From: Candidatus Doudnabacteria bacterium
Lineage (GTDB): Bacteria > Patescibacteriota > Doudnabacteria > UBA920
Reading direction: 5' to 3'
Length of the DNA: 64,000 bases
Assembly: GCA_963768175.1 (NCBI GenBank)
Contig: CAVYGQ010000001.1
Coordinates: 766,305 to 830,304, forward strand
Shown here one piece after another: positions 45,216-54,033 of the stretch (its first letter is position 1; each line of letters starts with the position of its first letter). The notes beneath the pieces are model-generated. The model saw only the letters and a list, made by a program, of their open reading frames with translations. It had not been told where the DNA came from and did no database searches. The translations under genes were made by a program, and so were the position numbers.

Positions 45216-48200
45216 CTAATGGCTTGCAACCCCGATGACTAAATCACTTTGGCCGGAACCATATTTATTGGTTGCGGCGTAGTTTAAACGATAGGTATAC
45301 CCGGCCTGGCAAGGCTGGATTGCAAACGGACCGCTCACTCCGTTGCTTGAATTCCCTCCCGAAGGAACAGGGCTCCAGTTGTTTTGATTCAAAGAAGGAG
45401 AGTAAAGTGTACCCATTTCAAACGGAAGCATAGCAATCACAGAAGGATCGGTTATATCCAATCCATACTTAACCGCCGGAAGATTACATCCGTCCTGAAA
45501 AACAGGGAGGCCTTTGGAATTAAGGAAGCCGTCGTAATCAAAGTAGTAAGAGGTACCTCCGGTGGAAGTCCACTTGTACCAGATATTGGTCCCGGGTGAA
45601 ACCGCAAGCGTGGAATACCACGGACCGTTTGCCCCGGCAGTGGAAGCCTGCAAGCTCGCTATAGGCGTTGCTTGCGAGGCGGGAACCACTGTCCCCGCGG
45701 GAGCGGCGTAAGCGTCAAAACTCTGCTGAGCCACCACCTGGCCTGAATATGTAAGTCCGCTGTTGGCTACAGATATCATACAATTAGGGACCTTTATCTT
45801 CATTATCATGCCCACGTACTGGTCGGAATAACACGTTTGTATGCCGCTACCTTTATTATAATAATTGTCCAAAATTATACCTGCAGGGAAGAGGACTCCG
45901 TCGCTGCGGCGGATAAAAGCTGTCGCGTCCTGACCCGCAGCTTCGCCAACAAAGTGGTCCAGTTCTAAGGTCGCTGGCGCGCTGCCTGCCTGTGTGGCCA
46001 TGAAATTAACTATTCGCAATGCTTCGTTTCCGCCTTCTTGTGTAGCTGCATACGGATATTGTCCCTGCCAGCCATTAGTCGTTTGGACAACATGGAACCA
46101 GTTCATAAATCCTGATACCGTGCCCGGTCCATATGTGCATTTATTCAGGCTGGGATTTGAGGCTTGGCTTAAGGAACCAATGAAACCGGAATAATAAGGA
46201 TTGAAGGATTCATAAAGATCTTTAGTCGTACCAGCGTAATTGTTAGTTTGAAGCACAATATTAGGCGCGCCGCTTGAGGTGGTCTGCCCACCGCCATTGC
46301 CTTCACAATGACCGGTAGGGTTAGCCGAAGAAGGACTATTCCCGCCGTAAACCGCAAGTTTTAGAGTAACGGTCGTGCCGCCTGTGGTATAGGTTAAGGC
46401 GTAAATATACCCTCCTTGGCAAGCAAGAATCGGGTAAGGCCCAGCATAACCGCTTGCGCCTGAATAGGTAAAGGGCTGTCCGCCAACCGTATAACCGGTA
46501 GTGTTACCGTTCCACGGGGTCCAGGTATTATTCGGTGTATTGCCGCAACCGTCTTTAGTAACGGTCTTACCGTTAATGTCGGTTATTGACGCGAGAGCAA
46601 AGCTGTAGTCAGAATCAGCACCGCCGCTCCAGCTATAAGTTATTTGATCGCCTCCCTTGCCAGTGGCATCACCTGCCTGGACGGAAAGGTTATCACTGTA
46701 GCTGTAGCCATTGGTTGTTTTTGCCGCAAAAGTAACTGTCGGTGTCGGATTAACTGCCGGATTAGTAGCAAGGGAAAAATTGCACGAACTAATATTTGCA
46801 TTGGGGTTAGTGCCTATGTCTGGGGAAGGGGCAGCCGAGGTGCTGGGAACCGTGCAGATAATGGTGTCGTCTACAGGCTTGCCAACAGGGTTTGCGGCAA
46901 GAAAGGTGGAAAGCGGGGCTTGGGTAAGGTCTACTGCTACCGGGGCATTAAGGTTGCCACCTTCGGACTGGTAAAGCGCTGCTCCTGCCGCATTTAAAGC
47001 CAGAGGGTAAGAGGCGTTTCCACTATTTATGCAAAGGCCTGCGTATTTACCCGTGCCAATAACCCAACTTACCTCTGTATTCTTAAGAAGAGGGCTAAAA
47101 GCTTGACTGACCACAGTAGACGCAGATACCGGAGCAAAATAATCATAGTTGGGTGCATCAATAGTACCGGTGGAATTGGGACATACTACAGTACCAGGAT
47201 TTTTATGCGCTGAAAGCGGCGGGCCATAAAAGAAAGTGTATTCGTTGTAGGTCACTTCTGGAATAAAATAAACACCCACATTAGCATTATAATCAGCAGG
47301 AGACTGGGATGTATACAAAGCAAGACTTCCCATGCTTACGGTTCCGTTGGGCCGCATATCATAGCCTTGCCTGCCGCTGAAATTCACTAACATTTGGCTG
47401 GGAACTAAGGTCAAATTAGCCGGTAGCTGGACTCCGGCGGGAATCAGGCTTTGGTAAGAAACCTTACTTACCTTTTGCTGGATAGCGTTCAAAAACGCCA
47501 GCTCATCTTGAGTCATATTAACAGCTCCGCTCGGTGTTAACGGTCTAATGTCTTCATACTCATATGTACTAGGGTTGTATGACTTTAAACTAACAGGAGT
47601 CGGGGTCGCTTGGGCAAGATCCCACCTGGATGACGCCCATTCTCCCGGAATAGGCATAGTCATGGCATCAGTACGATTCAAAGGCAGGCCGTCAAAAAAC
47701 CACGATAAGTAACCGCCGCTGCTATTAAAGTAATATTTCCCATCAGTTCCCTTATAATACAAATAACCATAATGTTCGCATGGTAAATTAGTCTGGGCTT
47801 CAAGCTTTTTTTCATCCGCAGGAAGAGTCCATCCATGGCCTGCGGTGGTATAAGTTGGCGACTGCCTGCTAAAGTACCAGTTTGTGCCGGCAATCTGGAC
47901 TATATCTGTGTCCGAAACATTCGCCAGCGGATCGTTGGTGCAGGTATAAGTTGAAGGAGGGATGGAAGGCGAACCGCCGCTGCCGGAAACAGCAGAAGAA
48001 CTTAGGGTGGTAAAGAACTTTCTTAGCAGTAAGTTACCGCCTTGGGCAGGCTGGGTGTAGAACTCTACGCGGTAGGCGGTAGAGGGAGCCAAGGTAACAA
48101 TCTGGGTACCGGTCTGGCTGGCTGGGTCAACGGTTAGTAAGACCTGGGTCTTGTCGGATTTTAGGGTGACATACAAAGAGCCTTGGGCATTGCGGGTTCT

Positions 48201-48527
48201 CTTCCAGTATATCTGGTAAGTCCACTGGTTGGCGGTGCTGTCGTAGGACAGCGGGGTAACAGTAACCAGTAAGGAAAGGTTGGTGGCAGAGGTAATGGTA
48301 ACGGTGGGGTAAGTAGTAATTCCCAAGACTTGGGGAGAAGAAGCGGCCTGGAGTTCGTCCATGGTTAAGGCTTTGGCCTTTAGGGCGGAGCCGGAAAAAC
48401 CGCTGCCGGAGGCGGTTGCAAATAAAACAAAAGCCAGCGCAATAGCTGAGCTTATTTTGGCATTGAACACCGACGACAAAAACGAAGGCCGTTTCGCCGC
48501 AGAAACACACCTAGTATTCTGATTCAT
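45216..48527 (-). CDS. paralog C: diverged copy of the N-module (about 60% identity) fused to a roughly 950-aa Gly/Thr/Ser-rich beta-repeat (adhesin-like) region
   Basis: ALKAKALTMDELQAASSPQVLG...LLRKFFTTLSSSA; repeated CQ.GY.Y.L.Y beta-strand motifs; hydrophobic N-terminal segment. Confidence 0.65.
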   Translation of the reverse strand: MNQNTRCVSAAKRPSFLSSVFNAKISSAIALAFVLFATASGSGFSGSALKAKALTMDELQAASSPQVLGITTYPTVTITSATNLSLLVTVTPLSYDSTANQWTYQIYWKRTRNAQGSLYVTLKSDKTQVLLTVDPASQTGTQIVTLAPSTAYRVEFYTQPAQGGNLLLRKFFTTLSSSAVSGSGGSPSIPPSTYTCTNDPLANVSDTDIVQIAGTNWYFSRQSPTYTTAGHGWTLPADEKKLEAQTNLPCEHYGYLYYKGTDGKYYFNSSGGYLSWFFDGLPLNRTDAMTMPIPGEWASSRWDLAQATPTPVSLKSYNPSTYEYEDIRPLTPSGAVNMTQDELAFLNAIQQKVSKVSYQSLIPAGVQLPANLTLVPSQMLVNFSGRQGYDMRPNGTVSMGSLALYTSQSPADYNANVGVYFIPEVTYNEYTFFYGPPLSAHKNPGTVVCPNSTGTIDAPNYDYFAPVSASTVVSQAFSPLLKNTEVSWVIGTGKYAGLCINSGNASYPLALNAAGAALYQSEGGNLNAPVAVDLTQAPLSTFLAANPVGKPVDDTIICTVPSTSAAPSPDIGTNPNANISSCNFSLATNPAVNPTPTVTFAAKTTNGYSYSDNLSVQAGDATGKGGDQITYSWSGGADSDYSFALASITDINGKTVTKDGCGNTPNNTWTPWNGNTTGYTVGGQPFTYSGASGYAGPYPILACQGGYIYALTYTTGGTTVTLKLAVYGGNSPSSANPTGHCEGNGGGQTTSSGAPNIVLQTNNYAGTTKDLYESFNPYYSGFIGSLSQASNPSLNKCTYGPGTVSGFMNWFHVVQTTNGWQGQYPYAATQEGGNEALRIVNFMATQAGSAPATLELDHFVGEAAGQDATAFIRRSDGVLFPAGIILDNYYNKGSGIQTCYSDQYVGMIMKIKVPNCMISVANSGLTYSGQVVAQQSFDAYAAPAGTVVPASQATPIASLQASTAGANGPWYSTLAVSPGTNIWYKWTSTGGTSYYFDYDGFLNSKGLPVFQDGCNLPAVKYGLDITDPSVIAMLPFEMGTLYSPSLNQNNWSPVPSGGNSSNGVSGPFAIQPCQAGYTYRLNYAATNKYGSGQSDLVIGVASH

Positions 48528-48766
48528 ATGTGTTATTTCTTAATGGTAATCCCTTCCCTCCTATTATATATTAAAGAAGAAAAGATGACCATTATTTAAT
48601 TGTTTTTCTTGCCCCGTTAGAAACCTCACAATTATTTTGGAAGTGGTTTCTAAAGAAGTAAGTTTGTCGTTTTTATTTCTTTTATTCACCCTAATTCCTA
48701 ACGGGGTGAGTTTCAAGGAGTCCGCACTAATTTTGATGCAAACTTAAGTTTAAAATTTGTGTAAAT

Positions 48767-48795
48767 ATTATAGCATAAAATAAGATTTTCCGCAA
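48767..48795 (-). promoter_or_regulatory. promoter TTGCGG-17-TATAAT for paralog C, followed by a roughly 235-nt leader sharing a conserved 70-nt 5' block with the paralog B leader
   Basis: Reverse complement reads ttgcggaaaatcttattttatgctataat; conserved cgcactaattttg block and a covarying hairpin. Confidence 0.55.
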
Positions 48796-48798
48796 GGA

Positions 48799-48838
48799 CG
48801 CAAAAAAATCCGGAGCCTATCCGGATTTTATTTTTTAC
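48799..48838 (-). terminator. intrinsic terminator after pilB (aaaatccgg-agcctat-ccggatttt plus U7)
   Basis: 9-bp stem with a T-run on the minus strand. Confidence 0.65.
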
Positions 48839-48854
48839 ATCAATCCATTATTCC

Positions 48855-50510
48855 TTACCCCTCCCCGGCCACGCGGAACACCTCTTCAACATCCGTCATT
48901 CCCTGCAAAGCTTTAAGCAGGCCGTCCTGAACCATGGTTATCATACCCTGGCCTACGGCCACTTTTTTAAACTCGGCCATAGAAGAATTTTCTTTTAATA
49001 TTAACGCCTGAATAGCTTCGGTGTTTTCCAAAACTTCATAAATGCCGACGCGGCCGTTGTAGCCTAAAGTGTGGCACTGGGGGCAGCCAGTAGAATGATA
49101 AAAAATCAGCTCCTTAGTCAGTTCCACTTTGGCAACTTTCGGGATTTGTTTTAAAATGTATTGGATTTTCTCCAAAACCGTGGGAGAAAGCTTGGCCGGC
49201 TTTTTACAATTTTGGCACAACCGGCGAACCAGGCGTTGGGCTAATACGACCGAAAGCGCCGGCGCCGCCACAAAAGGTTTTATGCCCATGTTCAGCAAGC
49301 GCGGAATGGCGCCGGCGGCATCATTGGTATGCAGCGTGGAAAAAACCAAGTGGCCCGTTAGCGCCGCCTGCAGCGCCGTCTCTGCGGTTTCCTGGTCGCG
49401 GATTTCGCCGACCATAACAATATCCGGATCCTGCCGTAGAATGGCGCGCAGACCTTTGGCAAAATCAAAATCGTGATTATGGTCAATCGGGGTTTGTACT
49501 ATGCCCTCCAGCTTGTATTCCACGGGGTCTTCCAAAGTAATTATTTTTACCCCAGGCTTATTCAATTCGTTTAAAAACGCATAAAGCGAGGTGGTTTTGC
49601 CGCTGCCAGTAGGGCCGGTGGTTATAACCATGCCATTGGGTTTTTGCAGCTGCCTTTCCACCACTTCCAAAGCTTGGGCGGAAAAACCCAAATCTTTTAA
49701 CTTTAACGTGCTGGCTCCCGTGCCCAAAAGGCGCATAACAATTTCCTCACCGTAGGCGGAAGGCAATACCGACACGCGCACGTCTATGGGTTTTTGCAAA
49801 TAATAAAAAGTAATACGCCCGTCCTGCGGCAGGTCTTCCACGTTGAGTTTCAGTTTGGATAAAATTTTTATTCTGGTAGTAATGGAGCGCTGGAGGTCTT
49901 TGCTTAAATGCAGCATGTCCTGCAGCACACCGTCTACGCGGAACCGCAACTTAAAAAAATGCTCCTCCGGCTCCAAATGGATGTCCGAAGATTTATAAAA
50001 CATGCCGGCGCCAAAAATAATTTCCAAAAGCTGGCTGGCATTTTTTTTCTTTTGCTCTGGCTCCTGTTGCATCAGCTTAAGCATCTCACCATAGTCTTCC
50101 TCCTTTTCCACGCGCAAAACTTCCTCGGTAACCGCTTTAGGGCGCAAAACTTTGCTGTAAAATTTCAGCGTCTGCTCCAGTCCCTTTTTGGAAATAAAAT
50201 ATAACGTGACTTTATTTTTTGCGGACAACTCCTTTATTTTTTCCAAAAGCAGCGGATGTTTGGGCTGTGTGGTACCAATGCGCAAATCGGTTAAATCCTT
50301 ATAAAACGGAACCGCGCACATTTCCCGGGCTTCGGCTTCCGTAAACATGCCCAAAACGCTTAAATCCACGGGAAAATTGTGCAAATCTATGTACGGCAAC
50401 CCTAAAGAACCGGCCTGGGCCTGGGCTTCTTCTTCCTGCATTTTACGGTTTAGCTCATCCAGGCTCCCCTGCAATTCCTGTGGAGTGCTGGATAAAAATT
50501 TATTGGCCAT
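48855..50510 (-). CDS. pilB: type IV pilus / type II secretion assembly ATPase (PilB/GspE family); start set at MANKFL (the track start is a TTG)
   Basis: Walker A TGPTGSGKTTSLYA; Asp box; His box; C-terminal tetracysteine CPQCHTLGYNGR. Confidence 0.9.
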   Translation of the reverse strand: MANKFLSSTPQELQGSLDELNRKMQEEEAQAQAGSLGLPYIDLHNFPVDLSVLGMFTEAEAREMCAVPFYKDLTDLRIGTTQPKHPLLLEKIKELSAKNKVTLYFISKKGLEQTLKFYSKVLRPKAVTEEVLRVEKEEDYGEMLKLMQQEPEQKKKNASQLLEIIFGAGMFYKSSDIHLEPEEHFFKLRFRVDGVLQDMLHLSKDLQRSITTRIKILSKLKLNVEDLPQDGRITFYYLQKPIDVRVSVLPSAYGEEIVMRLLGTGASTLKLKDLGFSAQALEVVERQLQKPNGMVITTGPTGSGKTTSLYAFLNELNKPGVKIITLEDPVEYKLEGIVQTPIDHNHDFDFAKGLRAILRQDPDIVMVGEIRDQETAETALQAALTGHLVFSTLHTNDAAGAIPRLLNMGIKPFVAAPALSVVLAQRLVRRLCQNCKKPAKLSPTVLEKIQYILKQIPKVAKVELTKELIFYHSTGCPQCHTLGYNGRVGIYEVLENTEAIQALILKENSSMAEFKKVAVGQGMITMVQDGLLKALQGMTDVEEVFRVAGEG

Positions 50511-50535
50511 TGTTGGATTGAACAAGAATTAAAAG

Positions 50536-50566
50536 ATTGACACGATTGACACGATTGACACGATTA
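50536..50566. repeat. 3.4 x 9-bp direct repeat GATTGACAC between a TATAAT element and the pilB start codon
   Basis: gattgacacgattgacacgattgacacgatt; each unit contains TTGACA. Confidence 0.8.
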
Positions 50567-50670
50567 TACTGCGGTTAATTTTTGTCATTCTTGTCAATAA
50601 TATTATAACATCTGTGCCGGAATAATAAAACTCCCTTTTTTCGGGAGTTTGATAGTAGCTCTAGCGAAAG

Positions 50671-51813
50671 TTATTTTAAAACTTCCAAGAGCCGTGCTTC
50701 CAAACTTTCCAAACTTTCATTTTCAAAATGCTGCTGGATAATTTTATAGTTGCCCAGGTCCTGATCTAAAATTTTTGCCCCCTGGCCTAAGTTTGACACC
50801 AATTTTTCCGCCGGGACTTGTTCATGTACCGCAACTAGCAGGCGGGGCGAATTTCTTGTGGGCTCGGCCAACAAGGCAATAATTTTATAACCGCTAATGT
50901 TGTCCGTAAATTCCGCCAAAACCGGCAAAATCTCGCCCTCTCCGGCCCCGGCTTTTTCAAAGTCCCCGGAATTCAAAACCGAATAAATTATTTTTTCATC
51001 TTCCAAAATTTTCATCCTAGCCAGCGCCCGGCCCCAAAGCTTAAGCAGCGGTAAAGATTTGGTTTTGTAAATATTCTTGATAATTTCCTGCTGGCGGGCG
51101 CCCAAAGCCACCAGTTCACTGGCTTTCAAAAAAGCCCTGGGCGTGGTTTGTACGTGCTGGAAACTGCGAGTGGAAAAAATTATCCCGAGCAACAAACAGG
51201 TAGCAATATCTTGGTCTATTAATTGCTCCTCGTATTTTTGTAAGACCTCCGCCAATATTTCGGCTACCGAACTTACGGTGATATCAACCAAATTTAGCTG
51301 GCCAAAATATTCATTATCCGGGTGGTTATCTATGTTAATTTTCGGCGTTTCAAAAAATAAATCGGTATTGTCCTCATAAAGCTTGCCCAAATCTTCCAGT
51401 GACGCGCTGCCCAAAACAAAAATTAAATCAACCGGGAATCTTTCGGTAGAAAAGCTTAACTCTTGGGGCGTAAACTCTTCACCTTTGGCTTTTAAATAAA
51501 TTTGCGCTTTGACCTCCGTAGTCTGATAACTAATTTCTTCCAATTTTTTTACCGTCGTGTCAACCGTGACCACCAGGCTTTTGCCGGCGCTTACCTGGTT
51601 TTTAAGCTCGTTAGCTCCGGGCAAAAATTTTAAACTTTCCGGCACCTGACCCGAGCTGGCCACCAAAGTGTCCTTTTGCAGCTTATTTAAAAACAGACGC
51701 AGACCCAACGCGCTGGACAAGCTATCCGCCAAAGCGTTTTGGGGCAAGAAAATCAGAATCTTATTGCTTTTCCTGATTTGTTCAAAAATTTGTTGTTCAA
51801 TCGGAAGATCCAT
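50671..51813 (-). CDS. DHH/DHHA1-family (NrnA-like) protein whose catalytic DHH motifs appear degenerate (HxNPDGDAxGS becomes LPQNALADSLSS)
   Basis: Overall NrnA-like layout of 380 aa; C-terminal DHHA1-like region; no His/Asp at the canonical motif positions. Confidence 0.4.
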   Translation of the reverse strand: MDLPIEQQIFEQIRKSNKILIFLPQNALADSLSSALGLRLFLNKLQKDTLVASSGQVPESLKFLPGANELKNQVSAGKSLVVTVDTTVKKLEEISYQTTEVKAQIYLKAKGEEFTPQELSFSTERFPVDLIFVLGSASLEDLGKLYEDNTDLFFETPKINIDNHPDNEYFGQLNLVDITVSSVAEILAEVLQKYEEQLIDQDIATCLLLGIIFSTRSFQHVQTTPRAFLKASELVALGARQQEIIKNIYKTKSLPLLKLWGRALARMKILEDEKIIYSVLNSGDFEKAGAGEGEILPVLAEFTDNISGYKIIALLAEPTRNSPRLLVAVHEQVPAEKLVSNLGQGAKILDQDLGNYKIIQQHFENESLESLEARLLEVLK

Positions 51814-51949
51814 GGGAATTAACTAATAACTAATAATTGATAACCCATAACCCTACAAGTCAGGTTATAAATTATTAATTATCTATTATTTGTTGATTTT
51901 TTAGTATATTCTTTTTTGCCGAAGACGTCAATGCAGTGTAAAATAAGAT

Positions 51950-52044
51950 AGCGACCCGAATCTACGAATGCCATCCGAATTATCCGAATGGGTCTAATTA
52001 GGATTATTCGGGTATAATTCGTCAAATTCGGGTCGGCCAACCAG
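51950..52044 (+). promoter_or_regulatory. CGAAT-rich promoter-associated element with core GACCCGAATCTACGAA immediately upstream of tsaE
   Basis: gcgacccgaatctacgaatgccatccgaattatccgaatggg... Confidence 0.5.
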
Positions 52045-52045
52045 T

Positions 52046-52513
52046 ATGGGAAAAAATGTCAAAATTACCCTAAGCCAAATACCGCAAAAAGCCAAAGAAA
52101 TCGCCCAAAAACTAAAAAGCGGGGAAATTTTTGCCCTGGTCGGCCCTTTGGGCAGCGGCAAAACCACTTTTGTCCAAGCTTTGGGTAAGGAGTTAAAAAT
52201 TAAGCAAAAAATTACCAGTCCAACATTCATTCTGCTGCAGGCTTTTCCGTTTAAACTTAACCCCGCTAAAAATCGAACGGCTAAAGGCGCCCGCTGGCGC
52301 GATGCGCGCCTGACTTCTAACGGAATAAAGAACAAAAAAGAAATTTGGCTTTATCACTTGGACTTATACCGCACTAAAAACTTTAACGAAATCAAGGCCT
52401 TGGGGCTTTTGGAAGTCTGGGGCAGGCCGGATACCGTAACGCTAATTGAATGGGCCGACAAAATTAAAAAATATCTGCCGAAAAAAAGTAAAATTATCAG
52501 ATTCAAAAATTAA
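52046..52513 (+). CDS. tsaE: tRNA threonylcarbamoyladenosine biosynthesis ATPase TsaE (YjeE) with a GC-rich in-frame insertion of about 25 aa
   Basis: P-loop GPLGSGKTTF; SPTFIL; YHLDLYR; IEW; insertion LNPAKNRTAKGARWRDARLTSNGIK encoded by the palindrome ggcgcccgctggcgcgatgcgcgcc. Confidence 0.75.
   Translation: MGKNVKITLSQIPQKAKEIAQKLKSGEIFALVGPLGSGKTTFVQALGKELKIKQKITSPTFILLQAFPFKLNPAKNRTAKGARWRDARLTSNGIKNKKEIWLYHLDLYRTKNFNEIKALGLLEVWGRPDTVTLIEWADKIKKYLPKKSKIIRFKN
52286..52310. repeat. GC-rich palindromic insertion core within tsaE
   Basis: ggcgcccgctggcgcgatgcgcgcc (about 80% GC) inside an AT-rich gene, at a loop position relative to TsaE homologs. Confidence 0.55.
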
Positions 52514-53721
52514 TGAAAAAGGTTTGTTTAACAATTTTTTTACTGCTCACTTTCGCCCCGGCTAAGAACGCTTTTGCCGATGCCTTGAACAACGGTTTTA
52601 CTTTTACTTTTGGCCAGCAGACATTCGCTGTCCCAGCAGAGACCGTTGCTTCCTGGGAAGGCCAACAAATCGTAACACCAAATCCGGCTTTAAACCCGCC
52701 AGCGACTAATTTCCAAAGTTACCTGCTTAATTTTTTGGGCCAACTAGCGCCTGCACAAAATTCCACACTTACCTATAACTACGATTTGGGCGCAATCTAT
52801 AATTACATCCAAACTTTATCAATCCAGATTAATATAAAATCGCAGGAACCGGAACTGGTTATACAAAACAACCGCGCCACCAGTTTTACCCCGCCGCAAA
52901 CCGGCATGGAAGTGGATATTTACCAAAGCTCGCTTAACGCCTCGGCGGCGCTGGCAACGGGAAAAAATTCCAGCGAACTCACGGTATACCAAACCCCGCC
53001 AGAAACTTCTCTGACCCAAACCAATAATCTAGGAATCAACCAGCTTATTGGCGAAGGCGTTTCCAGTTTTGCCGGCAGCCCAAATAACCGCCGCCACAAC
53101 ATTGCCGCGGGCATTGAAAAATTCAAAGGCCTCCTAATTGTTCCTGGCGCGACTTTTAGTTTTGACGACAACTTGGGGGCGGTTACGGCGGAGGCCGGAT
53201 TTTTGCCGGAACTGGTAATTAAAGGCAGTGAAGGCACGATTCCCGAATTAGGCGGCGGACTATGCCAGGTGTCCACTACTACTTTCCGCGCCGCGATGCA
53301 CACCGGCCTGCCGATTACCGAACGCCGCAACCACGCCTACGCCGTGCAGTATTACTCGCCGCAGGGCACGGACGCGACCATCTACCCGGGCTCCGCGGAT
53401 TTAAGATTCATTAACGACACCCCGGGCACTATTTTAATTTGGCCTTACGAAAAAGACAAAAACACTTTGGTATTTGACTTTTACGGGACAGATGATGGCC
53501 GGCAGGTTACTTTAGAAAGGCCCGTGGTCTACGACCGCCAGAGCGACGGCAGTATGAAGGCTACTTGGACCAGGATAGTGGTAAAAGACGGCGAAACCTC
53601 CACCAGTACTTTTAAATCCATTTACCTATCTCCCGCACTATTCCACAAAACCGAAAGCTTTATTTCCGCCACCGGCACACCGATTAGCGGCCTAAAAATG
53701 CCAACCGCAAAAACTCAATAA
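52513..53721 (+). CDS. secreted VanW-family protein
   Basis: Signal peptide MKKVCLTIFLLLTFAPAKNAFA; VanW core GGGLCQVSTTTFRAAMHTGLPITERRNHAY...GTDATIYPGSADLRFIND; the start overlaps the tsaE stop (TAATG). Confidence 0.75.
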   Translation: MKKVCLTIFLLLTFAPAKNAFADALNNGFTFTFGQQTFAVPAETVASWEGQQIVTPNPALNPPATNFQSYLLNFLGQLAPAQNSTLTYNYDLGAIYNYIQTLSIQINIKSQEPELVIQNNRATSFTPPQTGMEVDIYQSSLNASAALATGKNSSELTVYQTPPETSLTQTNNLGINQLIGEGVSSFAGSPNNRRHNIAAGIEKFKGLLIVPGATFSFDDNLGAVTAEAGFLPELVIKGSEGTIPELGGGLCQVSTTTFRAAMHTGLPITERRNHAYAVQYYSPQGTDATIYPGSADLRFINDTPGTILIWPYEKDKNTLVFDFYGTDDGRQVTLERPVVYDRQSDGSMKATWTRIVVKDGETSTSTFKSIYLSPALFHKTESFISATGTPISGLKMPTAKTQ

Positions 53722-53725
53722 CCCT

Positions 53726-53760
53726 AATGTCAAAGGTCTCCTTTGACATTCCTTTACTAT
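53726..53760 (+). terminator. hairpin terminator after the VanW gene (aatgtcaaagg-tctc-ctttgacatt)
   Basis: 10-bp stem and a T-rich tail. Confidence 0.45.
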
Positions 53761-53812
53761 TGACATTGTAATACAATATGTTACAATTAAGTATATTATT
53801 AAACTTTAATTT

Positions 53813-54028
53813 ATGCGAGCCATTATAAACATTTCCGTGCCCCAAGAAGTCAAAAAAGAAATGGAAACCGCGGTCAAACAGGGCGGTTTTGCCACCAAAA
53901 GTGAATTTGTGAGGGACTTGATGCGGCTATGGAAACAAGAACAAATACTCAAAGAGTTACGACAGAGCCAACAGGAATTCGCCAGGGGAAAAGGCAAGCT
54001 TTTAAAATCTTTAAAGGACTTAAGATAG
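53813..54028 (+). CDS. ribbon-helix-helix antitoxin, ParD/CopG family
   Basis: INISVPQEVKKEMETAVKQGGFATKSEFVRDLMRLWKQEQ matches the ParD RHH pattern (...SEvvReaLRlle...). Confidence 0.7.
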   Translation: MRAIINISVPQEVKKEMETAVKQGGFATKSEFVRDLMRLWKQEQILKELRQSQQEFARGKGKLLKSLKDLR

Positions 54029-54033
54029 CCTTA

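Noticed and set aside
14079-50566. Possible CRISPR array among the tandem repeats
   Set aside because: All repeat tracts are short-period (7-9 bp) direct repeats without spacers of 25-40 bp, and no cas genes are present. They are not CRISPR.
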